The notes below the pieces were generated by a model that was given only the letters and a program-made list of their open reading frames with translations, did no database searches and was not told the origin of the DNA. Below, piece after piece: positions 52,934 through 64,000 of a DNA stretch of 64,000 nt. Source of the DNA: Macrostomum hystrix. Lineage: Eukaryota > Animalia > Platyhelminthes. Made by a program: the position numbers and the translations under genes. The number at the start of each line of letters is the position of its first letter. Position 1 is the stretch's first letter. The stretch spans positions 14,322,001 to 14,386,000 of the forward strand of contig CATNEN010000001.1 in assembly GCA_950097015.1 (NCBI GenBank), read 5' to 3'.

Positions 52934-55029
52934 ACATCGAATATTATTCTCATATGCTCGTATTGACCATACTCTCAATTAGATTAGGTGCACATAAGCT
53001 TGCAGTTATAAACTCGTGAGCTGTAAAGGTCATAAAGTATTGAAATAAACGCATTCGTAATTTAGGTGCACCTAACCTAATGCGAAAAGTCATTTGTAAT
53101 AATATTTATAAGTAATCATACTTCTAGTTATTTTCACGACCAATTCCATGCTATTCTACCTGGACTATTCTAACCTGGACTGCAAGCCTCAGAATTTCCT
53201 CATGTGGGCCTCACTGGGGTTTCGGTGCAAAAGATACGGGGCAGAGACCAAGTTAGGGCAGGGAAGAGAGGGGAAGACAGGAAAGGCAGTGAACAATGCA
53301 GTGAATTTAATTCCAAGTTATTTTATTCAGGGCGACCCATTTCATTCCTTGCTCTTTTCATACTTTGAAGTATGCTCTTTATTGCTCTAGACAAGTGTAC
53401 GGCTTATCAAAAAGCAAATTCTCCTGATTGTTAGTTTAAATTTCTATTTTTCTTCTTGCAAAAATGCAAATTGCAATCCAATGTTCCCGCCTCTCGTATC
53501 TGGGGCTCTCCGCGGCCAGCCGGTTCGCAATGGGCAGGTTGGGGGACCTCCCGCCTTCACTATCTCACTGACGGGCAGTTTTTTTAACTGACGGGCAAAC
53601 AATTACTCCAGGTTTCAATTTGCTGGGTTGTTTGCCCCAAGTCTCAATCTCTGACTCTGAATTTTGGTTGCAAGTCCAGATTGCAAAGTATAGAAGTTTC
53701 GTCTTAGAAAAGGATTCCAAAGCACCAGGTGGGGCCGTGGGGGCGGCAGAGGCAAAGACCTGGCCCTGCAATTCCCAGCGCTCTGCTTTTCGGTTCAACC
53801 TAGGAGCAACTGCACCCAGTGCCCAGTGGTGCAGTAAACCAAATAATTCTATATATCAATTCTAGATTAAGTTTGATATATAGAATTATTTGAGTAAACC
53901 CAGCCCCAGTTCTGCGGCGCCTTTCGGCCTGGGCATATAATTCTAGATATAGTTTGAAACGAGTATCTAGAATGCTATGGCCTGGGTCACAGGGGCAATA
54001 AATCACTTGTACGAGCACTGGGTTTCCACACAAGGCCTTCACAGCGCAGCCCTTATCTGCTCGCAGGCAGATAAGGGCTCATGGGGAGAGATATTAAAGA
54101 GCGGGGAACAACGGAGCCCTGGCTTTATGTAACAATTCTGTAACAATTCTTACATGTAACTATGTAACAGTTATGTAACACTTTAGCTCGTATAAACAGA
54201 AAATCTTTTGCTCGTTTTGATCTAAATATTGCAGATGGTGTGGTGTGTTGCTCCATAGACTCATATAGTAGCATCTGGACTGTAAATTATTTTTTTCGTT
54301 TTTTTTATTACATGGGAGCAACTTCTCCCCATTGCTAGCTTAAATTTTCGGGCCTCAAGGAGTCTATTTTTGCTCGTTCAGTCAGTCAGTCACTCACTCA
54401 CCCAAGTCACTCTCTAACTCGCTCATCCAATCAGTTACTCACTCACTCATTCTATATACGGTATTTACATGTCAGGCGACCTAGCGGGCTGGCCTAGCGG
54501 AACTCTTTGCCTCCATTTGGCTCCCCAATTTCCTCTTACCGGTAAAACCAAACTACGGGTTGATTGTCTAGGGGTTTTTGTCTTTGTCCATGGACTCCTA
54601 GATATACTAGGTATATCTTGGAGACCATGCTTTGTCTCGTCTCGAAGTATTTCTTGGTTTATTGTGTCTTATTTTTCCGTGGGCAGTGGGACCATTTTTC
54701 CACTATTTGCAAAAAAGCAAGTCCAGGCAGGCAGTGCGGGATGCGCAGTCTAGTTATATTTCTTGGTCTGTGCCCCTTGGGCATGCCCCTCTAAAGTATT
54801 GTGAACAAAGAAGGATCTGTGCTTCAAATAAAGATCAAGGCCAGCCAGGCTGTAAATTAAAAATGGCCATGTTTGAATTGTTCGAAGAACACCTGGATGA
54901 GGCAGGCGGAAGGGAAGCAGGATTGTTTATATCATTTTTATTGCTTGTTTATTCAGTATTTATGACAGTACATAACTTTATTGCCGGTGGTAAAGAAAGA
55001 GAGTCGCAATTTAGTCGCAAGTTTGGGGA

Positions 55030-55830
55030 GAGATGAGAGTGAGACTGTGAGATAGATGAGGGTGAGACTGTGAGATAGATGATGGTGAGACTGTGAGATA
55101 GATGAGGGTGAGACTGTGAGATAGATGAGGGTGAGACTGTGAGATAGATGAGGGTGAGACTGTGAGATAGATGAGGGTGAGACTGTGAGATAGATGAGGG
55201 TGAGACTGTGAGATAGATGAGGGTGAGACTGTGAGATAGATGAGGGTGAGACTGTGAGATAGATGAGGGTGAGACTGTGAGATAGATGAGGGTGATACTG
55301 GGAGATAGATGAGGGTTAGACTGTGAGATAGATGAGGGTGAGACTGTGAGATAGATCAGGGTGATACTGTGAGATAGATGAGGGTTAGACTGTGAGATAG
55401 ATGAGGGTGAGACTGTGAGATAGATGAGGGTGAGACTGTGAGATAGATGAGGGTGAGACTGTGAGATAGATGAGGGTGAGACTGTGAGATAGATGAGGGT
55501 GATACTGTGAGATAGATGAGGGTGAGACTGTGAGATAGATGAGGGTGATACTGTGAGATAGATCAGGGTGATACTGTGAGATAGATGAGGGTGATACTGT
55601 GAGATAGATGAGGGTGATACTGTGAGATAGATGAGGGTGAGACTGTGAGATAGATGAGGGTGAGACTGTGAGATAGATGAGGGTGAGACTGTGAGATAGA
55701 TGAGGGTGAGACTGTGAGATAGATGAGGGTGAGACTGTGAGATAGATGAGGGTGAGACTGTGAGATAGATGAGGGTGAGACTGTGAGATAGATGAGGGTG
55801 AGACTGTGAGATAGACATGAAGGTGAGACT
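55030..55830 (+). repeat. 23-bp minisatellite (GAGATAGATGAGGGTGAGACTGT) inside the transposon
   Basis: About 34 copies. Confidence 0.96.
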
Positions 55831-56633
55831 GAGATATCGATGCTGCATGAACTGTCAGAATATCCTCTGCTGGAACTCTAATAAGAGTAGTCTGGGCTGG
55901 TTAAAATAATTTTTCCTACTGGAACTGGTGTTACCTCAACGGTCTACTGACAGTAGCACATCAAGAATGCTTTAATTTTTATTCGCCGTTTTTAGTTTGA
56001 ATTAAATCAGATGTCAAAGGACTTGTTACGGACTCACAAAATGAGTCAGGACAGAAAGGACTGAAATCGGACCCCCCAAAATTACGCTGAAAATAGAACA
56101 AAATATCCTCGAAAAACACCGAAAAAGACATTAACAGTCGGTTTAAAGTCTTTAAACAAAAAAAATTTTTTTTGGAAATCAGCTCATGGGGGACCAATCC
56201 GAGTCCGATCAGGGTCCGCCGGACTCAACCTTTTACACTGGGAATAGTCTGCAAAAACTGTTTTCGCTTGAATAAGAATTCAACAATACATTTTTCCTAG
56301 CGCTCTCTTTGCAGTATTGTTCAAAATTGAATATTACAGTGTTATTGATTTAGTTATAGACTAATGTTTAGATCAGTGGGATCGCGGACTCAGGTCAGGA
56401 GTTCGATTCCTTACTCCACTCAGTGTAATTTACTTAAGTTCACCCAGCTGTTAAATTGGTGGCAGTATGATCAGCTGGTGTAAATTCTGGGTTGCAGTCT
56501 TGTGTTTAAGACATCAGCAAAAGTTACATGTATTCGAAAGTGAAATGAACCACTTCATGGCCTGATATGCACTTGAACTCAAGCTAAGAGCTACATGATT
56601 TGTTGACGAGAAAATCTGTCCTGACTCAAACAG

Positions 56634-57020
56634 ACCACTGACCACTAACCACTGACCACTGACCACTAACCACTGACCATTAACCACTGACTACTAACCA
56701 CTGACCATAAACCACTGACAACTAACCACTAACCACTGACCATTAACCACTGACAACTAACCACTAACCACTGACCATAAACCACTGACAACTAACCACT
56801 AACCACTGACCATTAACCACTGACAACTAACCACTAACCACTGACCATTAACCACTGACAACTAACCACTAACCACTGACCATTAACCACTGACAACTAA
56901 CCACTGACCATTAACCACTGATAACTAACCACTAACCACTGACCACAAACCATAACCACTGACCACTAGCCACTGACCACTAAAAGCTAGCAACTGATCA
57001 CTAGCCATAAACCACTAAGC
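56634..57020 (+). repeat. 7-bp-based repeat (ACCACTA/ACCACTG) with higher-order structure, downstream of the ENaC stop
   Basis: Tandem array. Confidence 0.92.
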
Positions 57021-57196
57021 GTGAATAAGTAGCTGTCCCGATTAATCTTCCTACAATTTTTCCAAAACATCTTACAAAATTAATAAGAACGCTATTCGAC
57101 TATCTATATAAGAATATACCAGTGAATCGCTTCTAGCTCAAACACAGTTTTTCTTAACGAGATGCTTCATTTTCAAAGCGTTAAAAAATCAAACTT

Positions 57197-58807
57197 TCAC
57201 TTCTGGCGCGCCGTAGGCTCCTCTTCAACAGCAGGTCCACTCCAGTTTGTCTTAGGGTCTGTCATTTCTTCCTCATGGGCAGACTTCAGCTTCAGTGGCC
57301 GACACACGACCAGACAGCCATCGTGCAGCAGCTCCACCAGCTCGATCAATGACAGCAGCGACATGCCGAGGAAGAGGCCAAGAATACCGCCAATATCCGC
57401 TATCAGCGAGTCGAACCCGTACGCTCTTGTCAGTCGGATCTCCTGACTAAAGAATTCAGCCGAAGACATTTCCAAAACGAGCAGCGACTCACGCACTTCA
57501 TTAAATGTGGCATTGTAGACAAGGTATGACAGGCCTGGAGTCGGGCCTCCTTTATTTAAAACTTCGTTAATTATGACGTCGCGCAAGAAGCTATTCCACG
57601 TTCTTTCGGAGGGCCAGAGACTGGAGGAGTACTGGAAGTTGTAGTTGCGCTGTCGACACGAGTTCTTGGTGGCGCAGATGCTCATGGCGTCGAATAAAGT
57701 TTTCTCTTTTTTCTTTAAAAACAACTCATCCAAGATAATTCCAGATGGATTTTGCGTCAGATTGAAGCAATAGGGCGCCGACCTGTACTCCCAAGGAAGT
57801 GGAATTCGGGAGCAGATGCAACTCAATCTTTCCATTGACAAACGAGCGATCTCTCGATACAGGCAGGCAATCTGGCTGTAGTTAAACACCAGCTTTTCCT
57901 CTGTGTACGGGTCAAGGAACTCTTCGTGCTCTCTGAGGCTCCGCACGCCGACGCATCTGGTGCCAGGATCTTCGTAGACCGTGTCCTGCATAGTAAATGA
58001 CAGTTGATGGCTTTGACCAGGACCGACCACCAAAGGCGTGATCAAGTCGTTCAGCTGCTGCCCTCTTGGAGTTATGAACAATTGTACGCCCTGTGATGTT
58101 GAATAATCGAGGCCATATTCCAAGTTTAAATCGAACGGCTTTACGTCTGGGAAAAACTCGTTCTCAGTGTAATTTTCAAATGAAGGGATGAGCAAAGAGT
58201 CCAGGAAGAGGCCGATCTGCACGAAGCTTGTTGGATTCTGCAAAGATCTGATATCAGATTCAGTGAGGCTCAGAATGAAACAGTTCAGCTGCTTTGGATG
58301 CCTCACAATGCGAACGTTGGCTTCTAAATTCCCGCTTAGATAGTACAGAACAGCAAGCTGGTTGGCCCTGCGACCCATCTTGTCAGACAGGAACTGGTAC
58401 GGCAAGGTGTTCGCGAGTCTGATGGCATAGTTATCAGCAGGGATGTTTGTGTTCAAGTCAGCAATGCTCTCGTTGACGATTCGTTGGAAATGTTTCAGCA
58501 GCGCGCGGTCCTCTGCGCTGAGTGTCGCGGAGTAGCTGCCAGAGATCGGGCTCTCGCTGCAGATGTAGATGTCCGGAAACTCAAAGTCCAGTTCGTTGGC
58601 CCGGATGCTTGTCTTCAGACTGCCGCTGGAGTAGCTCAGGAAGGCATCTCGAATTCGCACTGCACAGGCGATAAGCGATGCAAGAAACAGGATGAGCCAG
58701 AGCGCCCTCACGTAGTGCGGCCTGTCGCCAATGAGACGACTCAGACTGTGAGTTGTAGACTCCTTGGCGTACTTTTTAAAAACGTTAACTAGCCTGGCTG
58801 TATACAT
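57197..58807 (-). CDS. DEG/ENaC (amiloride-sensitive sodium channel family) subunit, intronless CDS, 536 aa
   Basis: ESTTH.L pre-TM1, TM1 (ALWLILFLASL), FPDIYIC, Cys-rich thumb, and TM2 YGFDSLIADIGGILGLFLGMSLLSLIEL. Confidence 0.93.
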   Translation of the reverse strand: MYTARLVNVFKKYAKESTTHSLSRLIGDRPHYVRALWLILFLASLIACAVRIRDAFLSYSSGSLKTSIRANELDFEFPDIYICSESPISGSYSATLSAEDRALLKHFQRIVNESIADLNTNIPADNYAIRLANTLPYQFLSDKMGRRANQLAVLYYLSGNLEANVRIVRHPKQLNCFILSLTESDIRSLQNPTSFVQIGLFLDSLLIPSFENYTENEFFPDVKPFDLNLEYGLDYSTSQGVQLFITPRGQQLNDLITPLVVGPGQSHQLSFTMQDTVYEDPGTRCVGVRSLREHEEFLDPYTEEKLVFNYSQIACLYREIARLSMERLSCICSRIPLPWEYRSAPYCFNLTQNPSGIILDELFLKKKEKTLFDAMSICATKNSCRQRNYNFQYSSSLWPSERTWNSFLRDVIINEVLNKGGPTPGLSYLVYNATFNEVRESLLVLEMSSAEFFSQEIRLTRAYGFDSLIADIGGILGLFLGMSLLSLIELVELLHDGCLVVCRPLKLKSAHEEEMTDPKTNWSGPAVEEEPTARQK

Positions 58808-59126
58808 TTTAGTCAGCAGGTAGCTGAGGGAGCTGAAACAGATTCAGGATATTTCATATTTTATCTGTGAATTTTACAAAAATGCATGCAAAATACGCTC
58901 GTAGAAGTGGCATGGCTATATTTGCAGTCAACTAATTTAGGATCTTGTATTTGCTTTGCTTGTTTGCATTGAAAATGTTTCCTGATCGTAGCTGTAAAGT
59001 TAATATGTATTTTTTGCAACGATATACTTGCCCAAAAACTGATCGCTTACTTGGGAATAAAATACCATCTAATGAATGCTGTGAGAGTGGCTGGGAAATG
59101 TGATTGAATTGCTTGTTAGCTGAAAG

Positions 59127-60327
59127 TAGGGGTGTTCGGGTTTCCATTCGGGGTATACCCCGAACCCGGTACATTGACCCCGAACCCGGAACCCGACCCG
59201 GACTTAAAACCCGACCCGACCCCGAACTTTACCCGACTATCTCCTGGACTTGGAGTCATGGTTGAGGACAGTATGCTTGTCTTAAAATACCAGTATTCCG
59301 CCTTTTCCTCTTTCTACTTTTCAATTGTTAACTCTTCTCCCACTATGACTACACTACTTAACTCCTCAGTCGTACTTATGATTTTGATAAACATCTAAAA
59401 GATCAGGTAGGTCAGGTAGACTCTGACCTACCTGACTGTGTTCATATTTATCTGCTCTTATAGCCTCAGACATGCTGCTGTCAGTAGTCAGCAACAGTGT
59501 AGCCCTAGCCCTAGCCCTAGCCCTAGCCCTAGCCCCTAATACATAAATTATAAGCTAAGGCTAAAAGCAGGGCTAAGGCTAGAGCTAATATGCTAGAAAA
59601 ATAAGTCGCTAAAAAACTTTAATGAATGGATGACAGTAAACGAACCTGCTATATAGAGAATAGATCATCATTAATATGATTTGCTCTGTTCAGTAAAGGT
59701 CAACAAGTTCTCTGTTAGCCTGGATGTGGGATTACCTACTTAAGTTAGCTGGCTAGGTAAAAATAAAACATAATTAAAGACACAAGACATATGCAGTTTA
59801 GACTTTAGATATATAGAGCATTCCTTTCACTATGGAATTTTATAATGCAGGGCCGAAAATTCGTAGAATGATATATTTACATTAGAATGATTACTGGATC
59901 ACGATTATTAAGTCCTTAGTGCAGTGCATTATGTGTACGCCATTTTAGTTCACGAGGTAATTTTTTTGAATTGGCGCGATTCTGAAAGACGCTTTATCAC
60001 ATAATAAGGCAATACTAATTAAGTAAAACTGAAATAAAATAAAAAATCCGGAAATAAGATTAGAGATTAGTAAACCCCGAACCCGGTGCCAAAACCCGAC
60101 CCGGAAACCCGAACCCGAACACGCTACCCCGAACCTCGAATCCGACCCGGGCACCTACCCCGAACCCCGAACCCGGTACCAAAACCCGACCCGACCCCGA
60201 ACCCCGAACCCGGTACCAAAACCCGACCCGACCCCGAACCCCGAACCCGGTACCAAAACCCGACCCGACCCCGAACCCCGAACCCGGTACCAAAACCCGA
60301 CCCGACCCCGAACCCCGAACACCCCTA
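59127..60327. mobile_element. Non-autonomous hAT-type element (MITE), 1.2 kb
   Basis: TIRs TAGGGGTGTTCGGG...CCCGAACACCCCTA with a perfect 8-bp TSD (GCTGAAAG at 59119-59126 and 60328-60335). Subterminal CCCGAA/CCCGAC arrays and no coding capacity. Confidence 0.92.
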
Positions 60328-60713
60328 GCTGAAAGTGCAACCTTCTATTGTGCATGCATTTTTTTGCTAAATGTTAAGCAGAGGTATCAATTTTTTGTTG
60401 CTAAATTTTCGATAAAAATGGAGGTAAAAGAGTTGTATGCTCCTAGAGGTAAAATGGAAATTTTTTATGTGAAATACCCACCTCTGGTCTATCTACAGAT
60501 AATGGAATTGTTAATGATGCTTTAGAATCATTCTTGCATTTACAAGCTACAAAAGTGGAAAAAATTAAAACGCCCATTCTCGGTGTTGTGTTGGTACTAG
60601 TCTCTTGAGACACGAGACAATCACGCTGTGTACAAACATTTAGTTAACTAAGTTAGAGAAGGTCGGCTTTGCAGTGAAAGAGCCGCGATTTTCAATTACG
60701 AGAAAAATGCGTC

Positions 60714-63700
60714 AATGCGCACCCTTGCTCGCACACCCCACGCTGTGACAATTTGTGAGTACAAGCAGGTGCAAGGGGTGGAGGCGATTAGAGCTGAATA
60801 TTTCACATTTCAGACGCCAATGTGCCAGTGCGCATCGTGCATGTATCAACCCGAGCCTAGGTCACTATTTAACCACGCTAAAATATTTAACCACGCTAAA
60901 ATATTTAACCACGCTAAAATATTTAACCACGCTAAAATATTTAACCACGCTAATTTCAAGGCAAATCAAGCAGCTTGAAACTGTTGAGATTCGACAGCAA
61001 GCGATGCAACTACTAAAATGCAAGGTCAATTGCAACCGATCGGGCGATCCGTTCATGTTGCTGGATTTCAGTACCGACTCGCCATCAGCTGCGGCAAGCC
61101 AGGGAGCCGTTTCTGTGGCCGTCTACACTGGACGCTGGAATTCAGCATACAGCATGGCCGCGATGCCCAAGAAGGACTCGGCCAGCGCGGAAGAGTTTAG
61201 CTGCTTTCTGCGCCGGCTACTATGCATTGCTGAGACTGTGCGCTGTGCAATCGGCTCCGGCAAGGACTTTCATGGCAAGCTGGCGGCTCACCCAGACGCT
61301 GGAGAGCTAACATTTCACTACGCCGAAGGTTCGCAAACGCCGATATCTACGTCCAATCAGCCGGAGTCTTGCACTCCGGGGCGCGACTTTCCGCTGACAG
61401 TTCGAGCAGCGTTTGACGCTGAAGGCGAGCTGCGCTTCCGGGCTGGCGAGTTTCTGAGAGAACTGCTCGATAAAGTGAGGCCGTGTCTGTTTTATCAGCT
61501 TCTGGGCATTTTAAGTCATTACTCTCTTATCAATATACCCTTCAACAGTAGAAAGACCAGACTGATATTGCTCTGTATGAACCTCTACGGCGATTATGAA
61601 CTTTTTTGAGCATAAAAATTATGCCGTACTAGTGGTTCTTGCTACCAGACACCCCGACGAGAATCCTTGATTTTCTCGACGATGCCGATGTTTTGTGAAT
61701 CTGGAAGTTGTTTGATCGGATAGAGTGAAAAATTTTTGTCTGCGTTCTGGATTTTAATGGCGATTGGTTGAATATTAGCTCGTTCAATTTACACAATTAT
61801 AGGTTAACGATTCAAGGCTAGATACTACGCACAAAAACGACTTTCACGAGTCAGAGAAGGCTCGGCTTCCATTTGAAAGCGATGGCCTGGTGGTTCACAG
61901 CTATCGTGTCTGTTTGAGCTTCAGATTCACCACTAAGACCAATCGACTGCTAGCGCACTGCTGGCTGCATCCGGAGTGGCCCGGCAAACAATTGCCAAAA
62001 AATGCCAAGAGGCTCACCACCTGGCTTAGGAAGCGCCTCGAAACTGCTGCTGCGAACAACTACCTGTGCGAGTTTGAGCAGCTAACCAGTGGCGATGCAC
62101 GGATCGAAGTTGAGAAAATCATTAGTGATGCTGACGGAGATACTGAAGGTGCGACGCAGTTCCTTATTCATAAAAGATGGTTAATATTAAGCATTTATAA
62201 AATAGAAAAATGAAATGAACAATCGTCGATTTCCATCTCATTGCCAGATACGCCACTTTTCTTTCGCGCCGTCGATTCGCACAGCTTTTCAATTGCCGAC
62301 TCGCTCTTGGAATTGAGGAACAAACGACGCCTTCGCAGTCAAGAAGATGGCAGCGGTGGGACAGAAACGCCAGCAATCGATGTCTACAACAGGTGGGGCG
62401 ACACCGCTCTCACCAGATGCTGCGGTCGCGGCGGTGACGCGGAAAGCATCGCCTACCTGTTGTCCCGAGGTGCTGACAGGTATCGGTGCGATGTCAACGG
62501 CAACACGGCTCTGCATCGTCTGGCAGCGTCGGTTCCTTCAACAGTTGACACAGAGAAGAATGTGAGACCAGTGCTAAAAGCTTTGCTGACGGGTTTGTCA
62601 GCTCAGAGCCTGACGGAATGGCTGTCCAAGGAAAATCAGTCGGGAGAGCTGGCCTTGGCACTGGTGTCCAACACTGCTTTGTTGCAGATTTTGCTCGACG
62701 CTCTGGGCTTGTCTGTGGGGTAAGGAGGGATTGTTCAGTGTCTTAAGTGTTTGTTCGAGAAATTCATGCCCATGATTTTTGATTTCAAGCCTAACTCTAA
62801 CTAGTAGGTGAGCTCCTTCGGGTGCAGCGAATAACCTACTACAACTTCCTACACCCTTGCTTATTCACCATATGTTAATATCAGTTTCTGTACTCCTTGC
62901 ACCCGTTCAGGCATGATGGACTGGTTATGATGTTTTTCTGCTCATTTTTTGTATCGCGTTTTCCTCTCGCACACAGGTCCTTAAGCTTCCGCAGCAAGGC
63001 CCCATTATTTGGGTTGCAGTTGCAGAGTCTGCAGGACGATGAGAAAGTAAAGGCAGATGTACAGTAGAAAGACCTCGCTGTTTTCCCCTGGGAAAAGACC
63101 ACAGGGGCAATTTCAAATACTCTGAATTTTCATGGTGGTTTTTTAATATTTTTAGGAGATACTCTTACAGAAGCAATTTGGGTTACACCCCCTGTGGTCT
63201 TCTTGCTGTGACAAATGAGTCGCCAAACTATACTCATTCTCAGCCAACAGACAGCGTCTGAAGCTGCCAGCACAGCGCACTGCTTGTCCCTGCTTCGCTG
63301 CAGCAACGGTTTCAGCGTAGCCCACAGCCTCGCAGCCTTCGGCTCCCTGCCGTCTGCCGAGCCGGTCGTCACTCGCCGCTTCGGCTTCGACGCTTGGAAA
63401 CAGCTGGTTAGCAGGGCCTGCTCGGGAGGCTACACTCCGATGCACGCGGCCTGTCAGGAGGGCGATTGGAACAATGTCAGCTACCTGATGCACTGTCTGA
63501 ACGCTGCGCCTCCGTCTGCATCTGCGCTAGATTTGGCCATCCGAGAGCGCAAGCTGGTCAGCTACCAGCAGTTCAAATGCTTCAAAGATCAAGCCTGTCT
63601 GGACTCTGAGGCCGCGGCGCTGATGGTGTTGGACAGAGCTGAAGACTGTCTGGCGTTTGTGAACTCAAGCTGTGAGTTTCTAGATCTGATGGACTCAAGA

Positions 63701-63760
63701 ATGGTTCACCCTAAATTAAAAATTCATAATTCCCTAACTAAGTTCTTAGGCTCCCATTGA
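60714..63760 (+). CDS. Multi-exon ankyrin-repeat protein (exon structure only partly resolved; probably continues past the window)
   Basis: 62241-62723: DVYNRWGDTALTRCC...IAYLLSRGAD...DVNGNTALHRLA. 63215-63760: GYTPMHAACQEGDWNNVSYLM. GC-rich coding-like segments at ~60960-61474 and ~61925-62147 with plausible splice sites. Confidence 0.65.
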
Positions 63761-63761
63761 A

Positions 63762-64000
63762 GGGGGTGAGTGGCAGAGCGGTGTAACGTGGCTGCACCCC
63801 AATTCATTTAGGGCGCAGCCGCAGAGAGAAGCTTGTAGAAGAAGGCTTGGGGGCTTGTCGTGCAATTTACGCCCTTGTGGGCCAACCTCCAAGGCACAGT
63901 GAGAGTGTACACTGCCTGACGATGAGAAAGTCAGGGCAGATGTACACAACTGTGTGAGCGTGTGCCTGCGTACAATATCTGTGTGCGCGTGTGCTCAGGA
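63762..64000 (+). mobile_element. SINE family 1 copy, cut by the window end
   Basis: gggggtgagtggcagagcggt head (B-box region deleted), then a body matching the 11989 element. Confidence 0.82.

Larger units (their letters stand above)
47057..56242. mobile_element. CMC/EnSpm-type DNA transposon, 9.2 kb, with two head-to-head genes
   Basis: Termini AA|CCCAGTGTAAAAAG...CTTTTACACTGGG|AA (CCC/GGG ends, 2-bp TSD). Subterminal GAGTCCG/CGGACTC and GATCGGACCCTGATCGGAC motifs at both ends. Confidence 0.9.

Noticed and set aside
54290-54460. Possible Helentron/DINE-like non-autonomous element with CAGT/CACT microsatellite
   Set aside because: Termini and diagnostic hairpins could not be defined.
59500-59540. 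(CCCTAG)n telomere-like run
   Set aside because: Only about six units of a variant hexamer inside a MITE. Not a telomere.

Overview
Eukaryotic animal genomic DNA: GT-AG introns, tRNA-derived SINEs and abundant minisatellites. The style suggests a free-living flatworm such as Macrostomum, but that is inference. The main feature is an 18-exon NADH-glutamate synthase gene (+, 16099-46304) in which 16 of 17 introns carry their own tandem repeat. Its 8.5-kb intron 15 hosts an antisense 3-exon alpha-amylase with an extra C-terminal domain, an orphan membrane ORF and a Tc1/IS630-like transposon. Upstream lie two divergently oriented paralogues encoding PAN/apple-like plus ALK/LTK-type glycine-rich proteins, a GT32-like glycosyltransferase, a gypsy remnant, a 5'-truncated RNase H LINE flanked by a 283-bp direct duplication, and a P-element/THAP remnant. 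Downstream lie an apparently intact 9.2-kb two-gene CMC/EnSpm-type transposon, an intronless DEG/ENaC channel, a hAT MITE with 8-bp TSD and an ankyrin-repeat gene. Most notable: the one-intron-one-satellite architecture, with units enriched in splice-site-like, hairpin and bZIP/GATA motifs, and the very long apparent target-site duplication. Coordinates and repeat counts were read by eye.
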